From IMG/VR virus record IMGVR_UViG_3300025030_000045: a stretch of DNA of 64,000 nucleotides; one strand, 5' to 3'. The notes under the pieces were generated by a model. The model had not been told where the DNA came from and did not search any database. It saw nothing but the letters and a program-made list of their open reading frames with translations. Both the position numbers and the translations under genes were made by a program. Within the stretch, counting starts at the first letter, position 1; each line of letters begins with the position of its first letter. The stretch comes from a virus. Below, piece after piece: positions 9,254 to 17,857 of this stretch.

Positions 9254-10666
9254 ATGTCTCTTTTTACACCAACGAATATCCAACCGCTTGATCCAACGAA
9301 AGAAAATGTCGTCTGCTTCATCAATAAGAATGCAGAGAATTTTAGGGATCATTGGGGATTTGCATTTCCGATCATCGATGCGCTGAAGGAAAAGTACAAC
9401 CTGCTTTTTGTTGTGCTCAATGATCGGACATTCCCAACTCTTTATCCTAACTGCTTTGTGTTTAACAACAAAGAGTTAACCCGCATCAATGAAACCGAAT
9501 TTAAGCGAGTAAAGGAATCAGACAATTCTCGTGATCATAATCAATCAATCCTAGAACGGGAGTTCGAACACTCGTTTGGGCAATTCAAAATTCACCGCAT
9601 CATTCTGCTCCAAGATTATATGTTTGCACTTCCGTTGATTCCGTATGTCCCCGCCAAAAAGCACCGAGAACTCCATGATATGCAAAACGAGTACTTTGAT
9701 TATGTTGGTGACGACAACGAACGAATGAATATCATTGATGAGACGAATGCATCAATCGTAGAAAACTTCAACGAACGTGTCAGCGTCATCGCATTCTCAA
9801 TGTGGGATAAGAACCTCTTTTCCAACCTTGTGTTGTGGATGTACAAGAAAAATAAAGAACACTTCAAGATGCTCTATACATCAATCATCGATCCCGGCAT
9901 CTTCTTCGCATTCTTTGAGATGAACGGAATTCCACTCACAAATTATTACTTCGTAGATGACAAACGTGGCACCCGTAATCTTTCGGCATTTCCTTTGGCT
10001 GAACTTCAACATCTTGTCTATGAAGAACCAATAAAGGATGATTTTGATTTCTTCGGAGCATCGCTACCAACTGAAATCGAAAAGGACAAAGATTTCATTT
10101 TCTTCGGTTCGATCTTTTATGAAAAGGGTCCACGTTTGACAATGTGGGACACCTTTCTTCGCGACCTTGATGCATCAAATGCCGAACTCTATATACCGCT
10201 CAAAGCAAACGGTGTGTACTACGGAAAACTTCAACAAGGTTGGCTGGACAAAGCAAAGACGATCGGTGGGCGTGTTTATGATGAAGTTGTCAATCATCCG
10301 TGTTATAAGGGTTACCTCCACCCAGATAATCTTTATGCACAGATTCAACGCTTTAAGTATTCGCTTATCCTACGATGCGTGTCGACATTTGATTCGTTGA
10401 ACTTCCGCCCCGTACTTTATGCCAAGTACAACATCCTTCCTTTCTTTGATGTTGGGTATGATCCTGAATATCTTCAGATTCCAAAGGAGATTCAAGATAA
10501 GCTTATCGTAAAGAATTCCGTTGACATTATGGCGAAAATGGATTATTATAACAGTCACGATGCCGAACGGCTCGCCCTCCTCAAATCCCTCCGCGATCAT
10601 TTCAATGTAGACTTTTGGCTCAATAGACAATGGAGTAATGATGACATCACAAAATACTATTCTTAA
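9254..10666 (+). CDS. GT-B glycosyltransferase, T4 beta-glucosyltransferase-like (GT1)
   Basis: C-terminal half follows the T4 BGT pattern by eye: DFIFFGS..R, YKGYL, KYSLIL, LNFRPV, ILPFFDVGYD, LIVKNSVDIMAKMDYYNSHDAERLALL. Confidence 0.65.
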   Translation: MSLFTPTNIQPLDPTKENVVCFINKNAENFRDHWGFAFPIIDALKEKYNLLFVVLNDRTFPTLYPNCFVFNNKELTRINETEFKRVKESDNSRDHNQSILEREFEHSFGQFKIHRIILLQDYMFALPLIPYVPAKKHRELHDMQNEYFDYVGDDNERMNIIDETNASIVENFNERVSVIAFSMWDKNLFSNLVLWMYKKNKEHFKMLYTSIIDPGIFFAFFEMNGIPLTNYYFVDDKRGTRNLSAFPLAELQHLVYEEPIKDDFDFFGASLPTEIEKDKDFIFFGSIFYEKGPRLTMWDTFLRDLDASNAELYIPLKANGVYYGKLQQGWLDKAKTIGGRVYDEVVNHPCYKGYLHPDNLYAQIQRFKYSLILRCVSTFDSLNFRPVLYAKYNILPFFDVGYDPEYLQIPKEIQDKLIVKNSVDIMAKMDYYNSHDAERLALLKSLRDHFNVDFWLNRQWSNDDITKYYS

Positions 10667-11288
10667 CCTCTGGGACTTTGACGGTACGCTTTTTGATACC
10701 GAACCAGCCCTCTATAAGGTATACAGTCAGGCCCTCCGAGAAGTCACCGGACATATACTTACACCCGAAGTGTGGCAAAGTATTTTTGGAAAAAGTGCAT
10801 ATGCACTTGAAGAACATTACGGCATCTCGCATGAAACGATGGTGAAGGTCCGTGATCGTAAATACGAACTCTATCCACACACACTGTACGATGGCATTTT
10901 CATGATCAATCATGTCAGGCAATTCTGGGATCACCCATTGGCGCTGAATTATGTTTGTACACATACCAATCCTGATGTTGCCGAGACGATACTCGATAAG
11001 TTCGAGATTCGCCCTTGGTTCAAACGTGTCTATGGGCTCAAGGATGTCGGTCATAAGGCAAAACCAGACCCCGCTATGTATCTCTTGGCGATGGGTGTTG
11101 GTATCATCGAGTCGCATGGAATTATCAAACACATAAATATTTTTGAAGATTCGGACTTTGGTCTGGGGGCTGCGGCGAATACGAAAAATGCATTTGATGA
11201 AGAACTCTACAAAGCATTTCCACCCGAGACTAAACTGACAATTTATAAAGTCACCAATGAAGGTATTAATGAATATGAAGCTCCTTAA
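10638..11288 (+). CDS. HAD-superfamily phosphatase / phosphomutase-like
   Basis: Motif I DFDGTLFDT, motif II CTHT, motif III KPDP, motif IV FEDSDFG. Confidence 0.9.
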   Translation: MMTSQNTILNLWDFDGTLFDTEPALYKVYSQALREVTGHILTPEVWQSIFGKSAYALEEHYGISHETMVKVRDRKYELYPHTLYDGIFMINHVRQFWDHPLALNYVCTHTNPDVAETILDKFEIRPWFKRVYGLKDVGHKAKPDPAMYLLAMGVGIIESHGIIKHINIFEDSDFGLGAAANTKNAFDEELYKAFPPETKLTIYKVTNEGINEYEAP

Positions 11289-12249
11289 AGGCGGGTCAGC
11301 CTCATCCGTTTATTTAGATGAAATACATAATGAAATCCTTAAGACCGTTAGAGTTACCGACACTAACGGTTTTAATCATCTTCGTGACCAGCACTGCTGG
11401 ATGGCCTATCACAAAGAAGCCCTCCCTAACTATTTTCCGCATATAGGCGACGACTTCTTCAAAGATGGTCTGTATTGCTATCGGATGGAATTTGTTGAGG
11501 GTAAAACTCTCGACAAGATGCTTGATAATAAATTCATCGCAAGAAATTTACTTGAAGATGTAATGCACACCGTGGTGAGTATATCAGACATTGATTTCAT
11601 TCCAAAAGGAAACACGACATTCACGACATACATTGATCGACTCAAGGGTCACCTCCGCCGTCTGAAGAAAGAGACGATCTTTGTTGATATGTTGATGAAA
11701 AAAGAATTTATCCTCGTAGAGAACGGTGTTGAGAAAGTCATACCAAACATTGACTTTATTAAATTCATTTCTATGTTGACATCAATGACATCGTACATGG
11801 ACAAGCAGTACTCAAACTGCCACGGCGACCTCACTCTTGAAAACATAATCATAAACGAGTATGAAGATTTTGGCTGCAACCGCATCAAGTTCATTGATGA
11901 CAACTTTATCTTCAACGGGTGGAATTCATATCTGCTTGATTATTCAAAAATATTTCAAAGTCTTCATTTTAATTATGAAGAAACATTTTCTGATTCGTCG
12001 TCGTTAATCATTGACGATGGTAAATATTTGTTGACTTATAACACAGAAAATGTTAAAATTAAAGAATACTTATTTGGACATGGTTGTGGATTTTTTACCG
12101 ACGCCGTTCGTGATGCGTCACTCGTACTTGAGGTAACGCATTACATTCGTATGCTTATCTATAAACTCGCCATCAGTCAAAAGGATTTCATCGTTGCATA
12201 TATTCGCACCTGCCAAGCCTATCACGAATTAAAGAAAAGAGGATCATAA
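11269..12249 (+). CDS. APH/choline-kinase-like phosphotransferase
   Basis: Gly-rich LKGGSAS, YRMEFVEG hinge, Brenner motif HGDLTLENI, KFID, DYSKIFQS. Confidence 0.85.
   Translation: MNMKLLKGGSASSVYLDEIHNEILKTVRVTDTNGFNHLRDQHCWMAYHKEALPNYFPHIGDDFFKDGLYCYRMEFVEGKTLDKMLDNKFIARNLLEDVMHTVVSISDIDFIPKGNTTFTTYIDRLKGHLRRLKKETIFVDMLMKKEFILVENGVEKVIPNIDFIKFISMLTSMTSYMDKQYSNCHGDLTLENIIINEYEDFGCNRIKFIDDNFIFNGWNSYLLDYSKIFQSLHFNYEETFSDSSSLIIDDGKYLLTYNTENVKIKEYLFGHGCGFFTDAVRDASLVLEVTHYIRMLIYKLAISQKDFIVAYIRTCQAYHELKKRGS
12031..12059 (+). promoter_or_regulatory. Internal sigma70-like promoter upstream of radical SAM gene
   Basis: TTGACT-17bp-TAAAAT with TG extension, same architecture as the intergenic early promoters. 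Confidence 0.5.
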
Positions 12250-13152
12250 ATGGAAGATATCAAATATCTAATGTTATCACCAACAAGCAGGTGCAACCTT
12301 GCTTGTGAGAAGTGTAACAGAAAAGGTTCGGGAACCGATTTCCCCTGGGATGATTACAAGGCCATTATTTTTTCATCCTTCCCCAACTTGAATTTTGCAA
12401 AACTTCAAGGAATGGGCGAACCATTCATGGCCAAGGACCTCGGTCGGATGGCAAAAGAACTTAAGGATCATTATCCAGGAATCAAGACTCTCACAATCAC
12501 CAACGGAACTCTTAATTACAATGCTCCGGCATTTGATGATGTCTATAAGAATCTTGATATGCTTTATGTCTCGATTGATTCTGTGAACAATATCAGCGAA
12601 ACGATCGGCGCTCATGCCGTTCTTGCAACGCTTTTTGAGAAGTCAAAGGAGTTTGGGTTCCAACTATATGTCAACACTATTCTTTTTCCGTGGAACCTCA
12701 AGTGCATTGCCGATGTGAAGAGGCTTGTTCAAGAGTATCCTGGTGTGAAGATGCGTGTCCAACATCAACAATGTTGGAATGATGTATCAAACATCGAATC
12801 AGTGGACATCGAAGTCTTCAATAAATTCGTTGCACCGTTGTTTGATGATGTTATGGAATACATCGGCCGTGATGATTTTTATTATACCGAATGTGATTGG
12901 AATACTAAGCGGATTCAGATTGACGAGCTCGGTAACATCCGTCTCTGTTGTCTGAAAACTGATAACTCTATCATCGGTCAAATCACCGATCTTGGACTAT
13001 ATAAAGCTGTTGCTGAACGGATCAAAGCAAGAATATCTGTTGATGCGTGGCCGATGGTGATTCGTCCACATTTTGGTCTTTGTGAGACATGCACATTCGT
13101 TCAGCTGAACCCAATTAACAAACAGATCTTGAAGATTTTGGAGGAAAGATGA
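12250..13152 (+). CDS. Radical SAM enzyme with C-terminal SPASM/twitch-like Cys cluster
   Basis: CNLACEKC (CxxxCxxC), QGMGEP, ITNGT, VSIDS; C-terminal C..IDELGNIRLCC..CETC. Confidence 0.9.
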   Translation: MEDIKYLMLSPTSRCNLACEKCNRKGSGTDFPWDDYKAIIFSSFPNLNFAKLQGMGEPFMAKDLGRMAKELKDHYPGIKTLTITNGTLNYNAPAFDDVYKNLDMLYVSIDSVNNISETIGAHAVLATLFEKSKEFGFQLYVNTILFPWNLKCIADVKRLVQEYPGVKMRVQHQQCWNDVSNIESVDIEVFNKFVAPLFDDVMEYIGRDDFYYTECDWNTKRIQIDELGNIRLCCLKTDNSIIGQITDLGLYKAVAERIKARISVDAWPMVIRPHFGLCETCTFVQLNPINKQILKILEER

Positions 13153-13856
13153 TTCCAAAGGCTGCTCTTATTCTTGCGGCGGGCGCGTCAACCCGCTTCG
13201 GAAAAAATAAACTTCTTACTAAGATCGGCGACAGAACTCTTCCACAGCAATGTGTTGAGTTTGCGATCAATAACGGTATGGATGACGTCTATGTCACGAT
13301 CAGTAAAAGAGATTTCTTTTTCCTCAACGATCATAAGACATTGACACATCCAATAATCGAATCATTGTCTCCATATGATTGCCTTATTAACCTTCACTAC
13401 CAATTCCAGAATGAAGAGGAGAAGGGGCCGGGAGCCGCTATCAAGGTTTGGCAAGGTATCATAAATAAACCTTTCGTTTGTCTGTTCGGTGATAACTATT
13501 ATTCGGGTTCTCTTCCTTACATGGATTTCAATGAATATGATTGCTTTGTGAGTTATCGTGAACTTGAAAAGAATTCGCGGAACTTACAACTTGCATATCT
13601 TGACGGTAACATCGTCATCGAGAAGCCCCATGCATTCACCGAAGGAAAGTTCTTCTGCGGCTATACGGCATTCAGCGAAAAGGTGTTTGACCAACTCAAT
13701 AACTGCCTCATATCTGGACGCGGCGAATATGAAATCACTGATCTGATTAACTTTATGGATCGGAGATGTTTCCTTTTCAATAGTCTCGTGTGGGGTGACA
13801 TTACTTTTGCTGGAGATGAAGCAAAAATCGTTGATATGATTGGAGGAAAGAAATGA
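13149..13856 (+). CDS. Sugar-1-phosphate nucleotidyltransferase (RmlA/GalU-like)
   Basis: ALILAAGASTRFGKNKLL, FGDN, IEKP, SGRGEYEITD. Confidence 0.9.
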   Translation: MIPKAALILAAGASTRFGKNKLLTKIGDRTLPQQCVEFAINNGMDDVYVTISKRDFFFLNDHKTLTHPIIESLSPYDCLINLHYQFQNEEEKGPGAAIKVWQGIINKPFVCLFGDNYYSGSLPYMDFNEYDCFVSYRELEKNSRNLQLAYLDGNIVIEKPHAFTEGKFFCGYTAFSEKVFDQLNNCLISGRGEYEITDLINFMDRRCFLFNSLVWGDITFAGDEAKIVDMIGGKK

Positions 13857-13996
13857 ATTTTTGGCAATTTTTAAATCTGAGACCTGTACTATCATTCTTT
13901 ATTATTTTTATCTTTTGTGCAACCATTATTGATGTCGTGCATTCACTTTCTACGAAAACAGTAGAATGCAAGCATGGATGGGTGGTGCCCAAGTGA
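13853..13996 (+). CDS. Small membrane peptide (47 aa, not in ORF track)
   Basis: GGAGG RBS; ATGA and GTGA overlaps couple it to both neighbours; one hydrophobic helix. Confidence 0.5.
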   Translation: MNFWQFLNLRPVLSFFIIFIFCATIIDVVHSLSTKTVECKHGWVVPK

Positions 13997-15282
13997 AAGT
14001 TGGATATGGGAAAATAGGCAAGAGCATTCTTTTTAATGAATCGCTGTGGGCAGCGATCGGCGGAGACTGTGAGGCGCCGGCCGTCATCACCTCTGTTGCT
14101 CGCTATAACCCCGATGACACTTTCTATCTGATCGGTAAGTCTGACTTCTCTCGATTGTCAGATGCTAAACGAAAAGAGGTTGCACCGAATAACAACATCA
14201 TTGATGTTTGGGGTGATTTCCGCCGTGGAGATAATGTCACTGACTTTGTCGTCAATTGGTTTGAGAAGAATAATGTCAAACTTGACACCGCATTCTTTTA
14301 TGGTGGCCCAGCCGGTAATGCAAACATGCCTGATAAGATCAAGACGGTAAAGGGAGATCGGATTGCTAAGGTTCTTGAGTGCTTTGAGAACTATGTCGGT
14401 CCTATCGCTCACTATCTGAACGTATCTGGGATTGACTATTTTACTCTAACGCCGGACCCGCGATATCATCCTATTCGTGCACGAGACCTCTACAATATCT
14501 CGAAGTTTGCACTGTCTCAATTCAATTCAAAGGACATGCAAGTCAAGCATATCGTCAACTATGAGGATCAGTCATATCTGTTCTCTAAGGTGCCGACATT
14601 CTATACCGCGCTTGAAACGGTGTTCCTCATTGATAAAAAGAAACCCGACCTTCTTGAACTTGCCAAACATAAAAAGAAGAAGTTCATGGTGGTGTTGAAT
14701 GAGGGCGGCAACGGTGGATTGAGCCGCGGTCCTGAGCTTAAGCGCTGGGTACTCAATCACCTTGAGGACGTTGACATTTACGGTAAGTGGTCTGACGAGT
14801 GGATGAAGGATACTCGATTCAAAGGATCGGTGAAATTCCAAACTCTTCAGGATATGTTGCCTGATGTTAAATACACCTTCATCATACCGATTCAGCGTGG
14901 TTGGGCAACGATGAAGTTCTGGGAAGTATTACAATATGGCATCATTCCGTTTATGCATCCTTGGTACGACGAGCAGATGAATCTTGATGTTCCAGAATTC
15001 ATTCGTGTGGAAACTCCCGAAGAACTATTTGAAAAAATTGAGTTTTTGGAGAACAACCCGGCTGAATACACCGCCCTTCTCGAGAAACTTAACCAAGTTC
15101 TCAAGAATAAATATTACACCGGTGAACATATCAACAACCTCATCATGAAGTCGTGCTACAGGGTTGCCGGAAAAGATGCCAGTTTATATGAATTAACCTC
15201 CGAGAAAATGTTGCAGATTGATTCTGGTCTATCGGTGAAGATGAAAGCCGAAGGAACCGATCTGTCTGACTTCTTCTCCTAA
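13993..15282 (+). CDS. GT-B glycosyltransferase, T4 beta-glucosyltransferase-like (GT2)
   Basis: Probable GTG start 13993; N-terminal KIGKS..IGGDCEA, DPRY, VDIYGKW, FKGSV, KYTFIIP, TMKFWEVLQYGIIPFMHPWYD, IRVETPEELFEKI; ends DLSDFFS. Confidence 0.7.
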   Translation: MKVGYGKIGKSILFNESLWAAIGGDCEAPAVITSVARYNPDDTFYLIGKSDFSRLSDAKRKEVAPNNNIIDVWGDFRRGDNVTDFVVNWFEKNNVKLDTAFFYGGPAGNANMPDKIKTVKGDRIAKVLECFENYVGPIAHYLNVSGIDYFTLTPDPRYHPIRARDLYNISKFALSQFNSKDMQVKHIVNYEDQSYLFSKVPTFYTALETVFLIDKKKPDLLELAKHKKKKFMVVLNEGGNGGLSRGPELKRWVLNHLEDVDIYGKWSDEWMKDTRFKGSVKFQTLQDMLPDVKYTFIIPIQRGWATMKFWEVLQYGIIPFMHPWYDEQMNLDVPEFIRVETPEELFEKIEFLENNPAEYTALLEKLNQVLKNKYYTGEHINNLIMKSCYRVAGKDASLYELTSEKMLQIDSGLSVKMKAEGTDLSDFFS

Positions 15283-15905
15283 TGAAAGGATGCTCAATGT
15301 CAAAAATTTTTACAGATGCATATGGCCAGGAAATTTCGATTGGTGATCTCATTTTCCATTCACCAAGAACAAAATACGGCCGGGCACGTATTGGTGTTGT
15401 CATTAGTACTAATATGCACGGTGTACGATATGTTAAAGCCAACGTAATTCAAGAACCGGGCTTACCCGACAACTTTAGTATTTCTTCTTGTAAGAGATCA
15501 CGTAACTGTATTGTGATGAAATTCGACAGTATTTCAAATCAGAACAGCAAAGAGATGACAACACTTGCTGGGTTAGTTGAACATGCTGTTGGGTTGATTA
15601 ACAAAAGAGAAAAGTTCAATCACAAAGACCAACTCGGACAAGACATTAATGTCGGTGACTTCGTTGTTTATGGGGCGAGTGCTTTTGGTGGTGGAGCGGT
15701 GACCCGTTGTGGCATCGTTACAAAGCTTAACCAAACATCCATTACTTACTTGACGATGATGCTCAAGTGGACCGGAAGAGAGTATAAAAATAAACCCAAA
15801 CTCACCTGTGCTTTTGCCCCCGGGCAAGCCGTCATCATCAAGAATAAAGAGTATGACACCCCAGAATTAAGGGCCCTCAAGGAGGCATTCAAAAATGTCA
15901 AGTAA
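15282..15905 (+). CDS. Hypothetical protein with internally duplicated small beta-barrel-like domain
   Basis: DAYGQEISIGDLI..RIGVV and DQLGQDINVGDFV..RCGIV repeats. Confidence 0.65.
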   Translation: MKGCSMSKIFTDAYGQEISIGDLIFHSPRTKYGRARIGVVISTNMHGVRYVKANVIQEPGLPDNFSISSCKRSRNCIVMKFDSISNQNSKEMTTLAGLVEHAVGLINKREKFNHKDQLGQDINVGDFVVYGASAFGGGAVTRCGIVTKLNQTSITYLTMMLKWTGREYKNKPKLTCAFAPGQAVIIKNKEYDTPELRALKEAFKNVK

Positions 15906-17142
15906 AAAGAAGAATATCAAATGGGCGTCGATCATCCCTCTCGCCGGCGGTATGTCAATCGGTATGGAACAGGCAATCGGTCACAAACCAGAATTCATCA
16001 TTAGCTTCCCGGGTTTCCAGGCTAATGATGCTCACCTTCGTAACTATTGGCCGGATGTCCCTTATCATATCATCGACGAGAACTTCGACAAGGGTGCGGT
16101 ATTCAAACCGGGCAGTATTGACATCGTAAACTCCGTGTGTCCCTGTGCAGGACTTTCGATGTTGAACACAGGTGGCAACAAAAATTCTGGTAAAGCTCGT
16201 GGATCAGATGCCGTCCAAAATCAGCATATGTACAATTCATCTCGCTATGTTCTTGAGCATATCCAACCGAAAGTTCTGTTCGGTGAAAACGCCCCGGGAC
16301 TTATCACCAAGATCGGTGAAGGCGTTCAGGCTGAACTCTACAAGATTGCTGAAGAATTCGGTTATTCATTCTCGATTGTCAAGACGAGCACCAAGTATCA
16401 TGGCATTCCCCAGAATCGTATTCGTACATTCTTCTTTTTCTGGAAAGCGGACTCTGCACCGATCCTCAATTACTACGATCGCACGAAAGAGACCAAGAAC
16501 ATCGTTGATTATCTCAAGGACATCCCTGCAGATGCTTCTTATCAGGACACCAATGATGTCCTTCGTGAAAAGATGTTCAAGAACTACACCTTCCTATTCA
16601 TGCGGGACAAGTACGGCGCCGACAATTGGCGAGAAGTCATGTGGAAAGAGAACAGCAAAACAGTCTGGGCTCATGTCTGTAAGAACAATCTCGTCGAAGA
16701 ACTGAAGGAATTCTCCTACAAGATCAATGACCGTCGTGGTATCAAAGAGACCGAACATGCGATCAAAAAGTTTGCTGCTGGACTCGGTATCTGGGATGGT
16801 TCTGTTCATCTGTTCAAAGACGAGATCAATGCTGTCGTCGGTCGTAACATGGCTGACTCTATTCACCCGACAGAAGATCGTTATATGAATGCCCGTGAAT
16901 ATCTCCACCTCATGGGACACCCTCATGACTATGAACTCACTGACATCAAGTGGCAACACCACCTCACACAAAATGTCCCCACCTGCACATCAAGAGATTG
17001 GACATATGAGGTTATTAAATTTATCGAAGGTAAACTTCCTTTCTCTGGTGTCAGGGACCTTCGTCAGGATAACATCAAGCAGTGCATCAACACAAAAGGT
17101 GTCAATGTCGAGAACGAGTTCTCATCTGACTTTTTTGCTTAA
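15895..17142 (+). CDS. DNA cytosine-C5 methyltransferase-like protein
   Basis: Motif IV CPCAGLS, VI GENA, VIII HGIPQNRIRTF, IX AREYLHLMGHP, X QNVP; motif I atypical (IIPLAGG). Confidence 0.85.
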   Translation: MSSKKKNIKWASIIPLAGGMSIGMEQAIGHKPEFIISFPGFQANDAHLRNYWPDVPYHIIDENFDKGAVFKPGSIDIVNSVCPCAGLSMLNTGGNKNSGKARGSDAVQNQHMYNSSRYVLEHIQPKVLFGENAPGLITKIGEGVQAELYKIAEEFGYSFSIVKTSTKYHGIPQNRIRTFFFFWKADSAPILNYYDRTKETKNIVDYLKDIPADASYQDTNDVLREKMFKNYTFLFMRDKYGADNWREVMWKENSKTVWAHVCKNNLVEELKEFSYKINDRRGIKETEHAIKKFAAGLGIWDGSVHLFKDEINAVVGRNMADSIHPTEDRYMNAREYLHLMGHPHDYELTDIKWQHHLTQNVPTCTSRDWTYEVIKFIEGKLPFSGVRDLRQDNIKQCINTKGVNVENEFSSDFFA

Positions 17143-17149
17143 ATCAAAA

Positions 17150-17181
17150 TCGGCGATGGTCTATGATTAGACCATCGCCGA
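17150..17181. terminator. Hairpin closing the modification cluster
   Basis: TCGGCGATGGTCTA-TGAT-TAGACCATCGCCGA 14-bp stem; no U-tract on +. Confidence 0.55.
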
Positions 17182-17196
17182 GAAAGATGTAACATT

Positions 17197-17415
17197 ATGT
17201 TTAAACGCGGAACAATGATAATAAAATGCAAATTTGGTCTAACATGTTCAATCAAGAGATCATCTGATGGGAAGTGGGCACATGATGGAGAAACTGTTAG
17301 ATTTTTCAAGATCATTCCTTATAGCAAAGGGAAACCGCCCCACGATAATAAATGGATAGCAGGTCTGATCTGTTGGGAAATAGCAATTATGATTGCGGGT
17401 TATACTAAAGACTAA
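17197..17415 (+). CDS. Hypothetical protein
   Basis: ORF track; weak RBS. Confidence 0.45.
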   Translation: MFKRGTMIIKCKFGLTCSIKRSSDGKWAHDGETVRFFKIIPYSKGKPPHDNKWIAGLICWEIAIMIAGYTKD

Positions 17416-17443
17416 ATGTTTATCAATGAAAGCGAGGTAATGC

Positions 17444-17719
17444 ATGGATATCGAGCATGAATTTGTTGATGTTATGAAAGTACCACGTCTTAAGCGGCGC
17501 CATCACCGCGATCGCTTGAAACGTAAACGGCGCTATCATTGGGGACACGACAGAGATCTGTCTCTTGAACCAGAGATACTTGCAAGGGCGGTCAATACAC
17601 CAACACCCTGTTCTTGTTGGATGTGTCGTAATAATCGTGAAAAGACTCGTAAGGAACGTGAATCGGAACTACTTCTTATTGAAGGACTTGAACTATTAAA
17701 GGATGGTGACAACGAATGA
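17444..17719 (+). CDS. Small basic Cys-motif phage protein
   Basis: Arg-rich N-terminus and TPTPCSCWMC motif; GAGG RBS. Confidence 0.65.
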   Translation: MDIEHEFVDVMKVPRLKRRHHRDRLKRKRRYHWGHDRDLSLEPEILARAVNTPTPCSCWMCRNNREKTRKERESELLLIEGLELLKDGDNE

Positions 17720-17857
17720 CTCTAAGACAATTGATTAAAAGATCGACACAACGGAGAAATGATGTTAACAATTTCAGACTCTTCGGAAATAACATACGTG
17801 AGGCAAAAGAAATCATTTTAGATTTCATTAAACTAATCAAACGGAGGATGAAAAAGA

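Noticed and set aside
9254-15282. Host-derived LPS/capsule operon
   Set aside because: No flippase, polymerase or priming transferase; the GTs look BGT-like, one shares the polymerase tail, and the cluster ends in a DNA methyltransferase. Protein glycosylation remains a possible alternative
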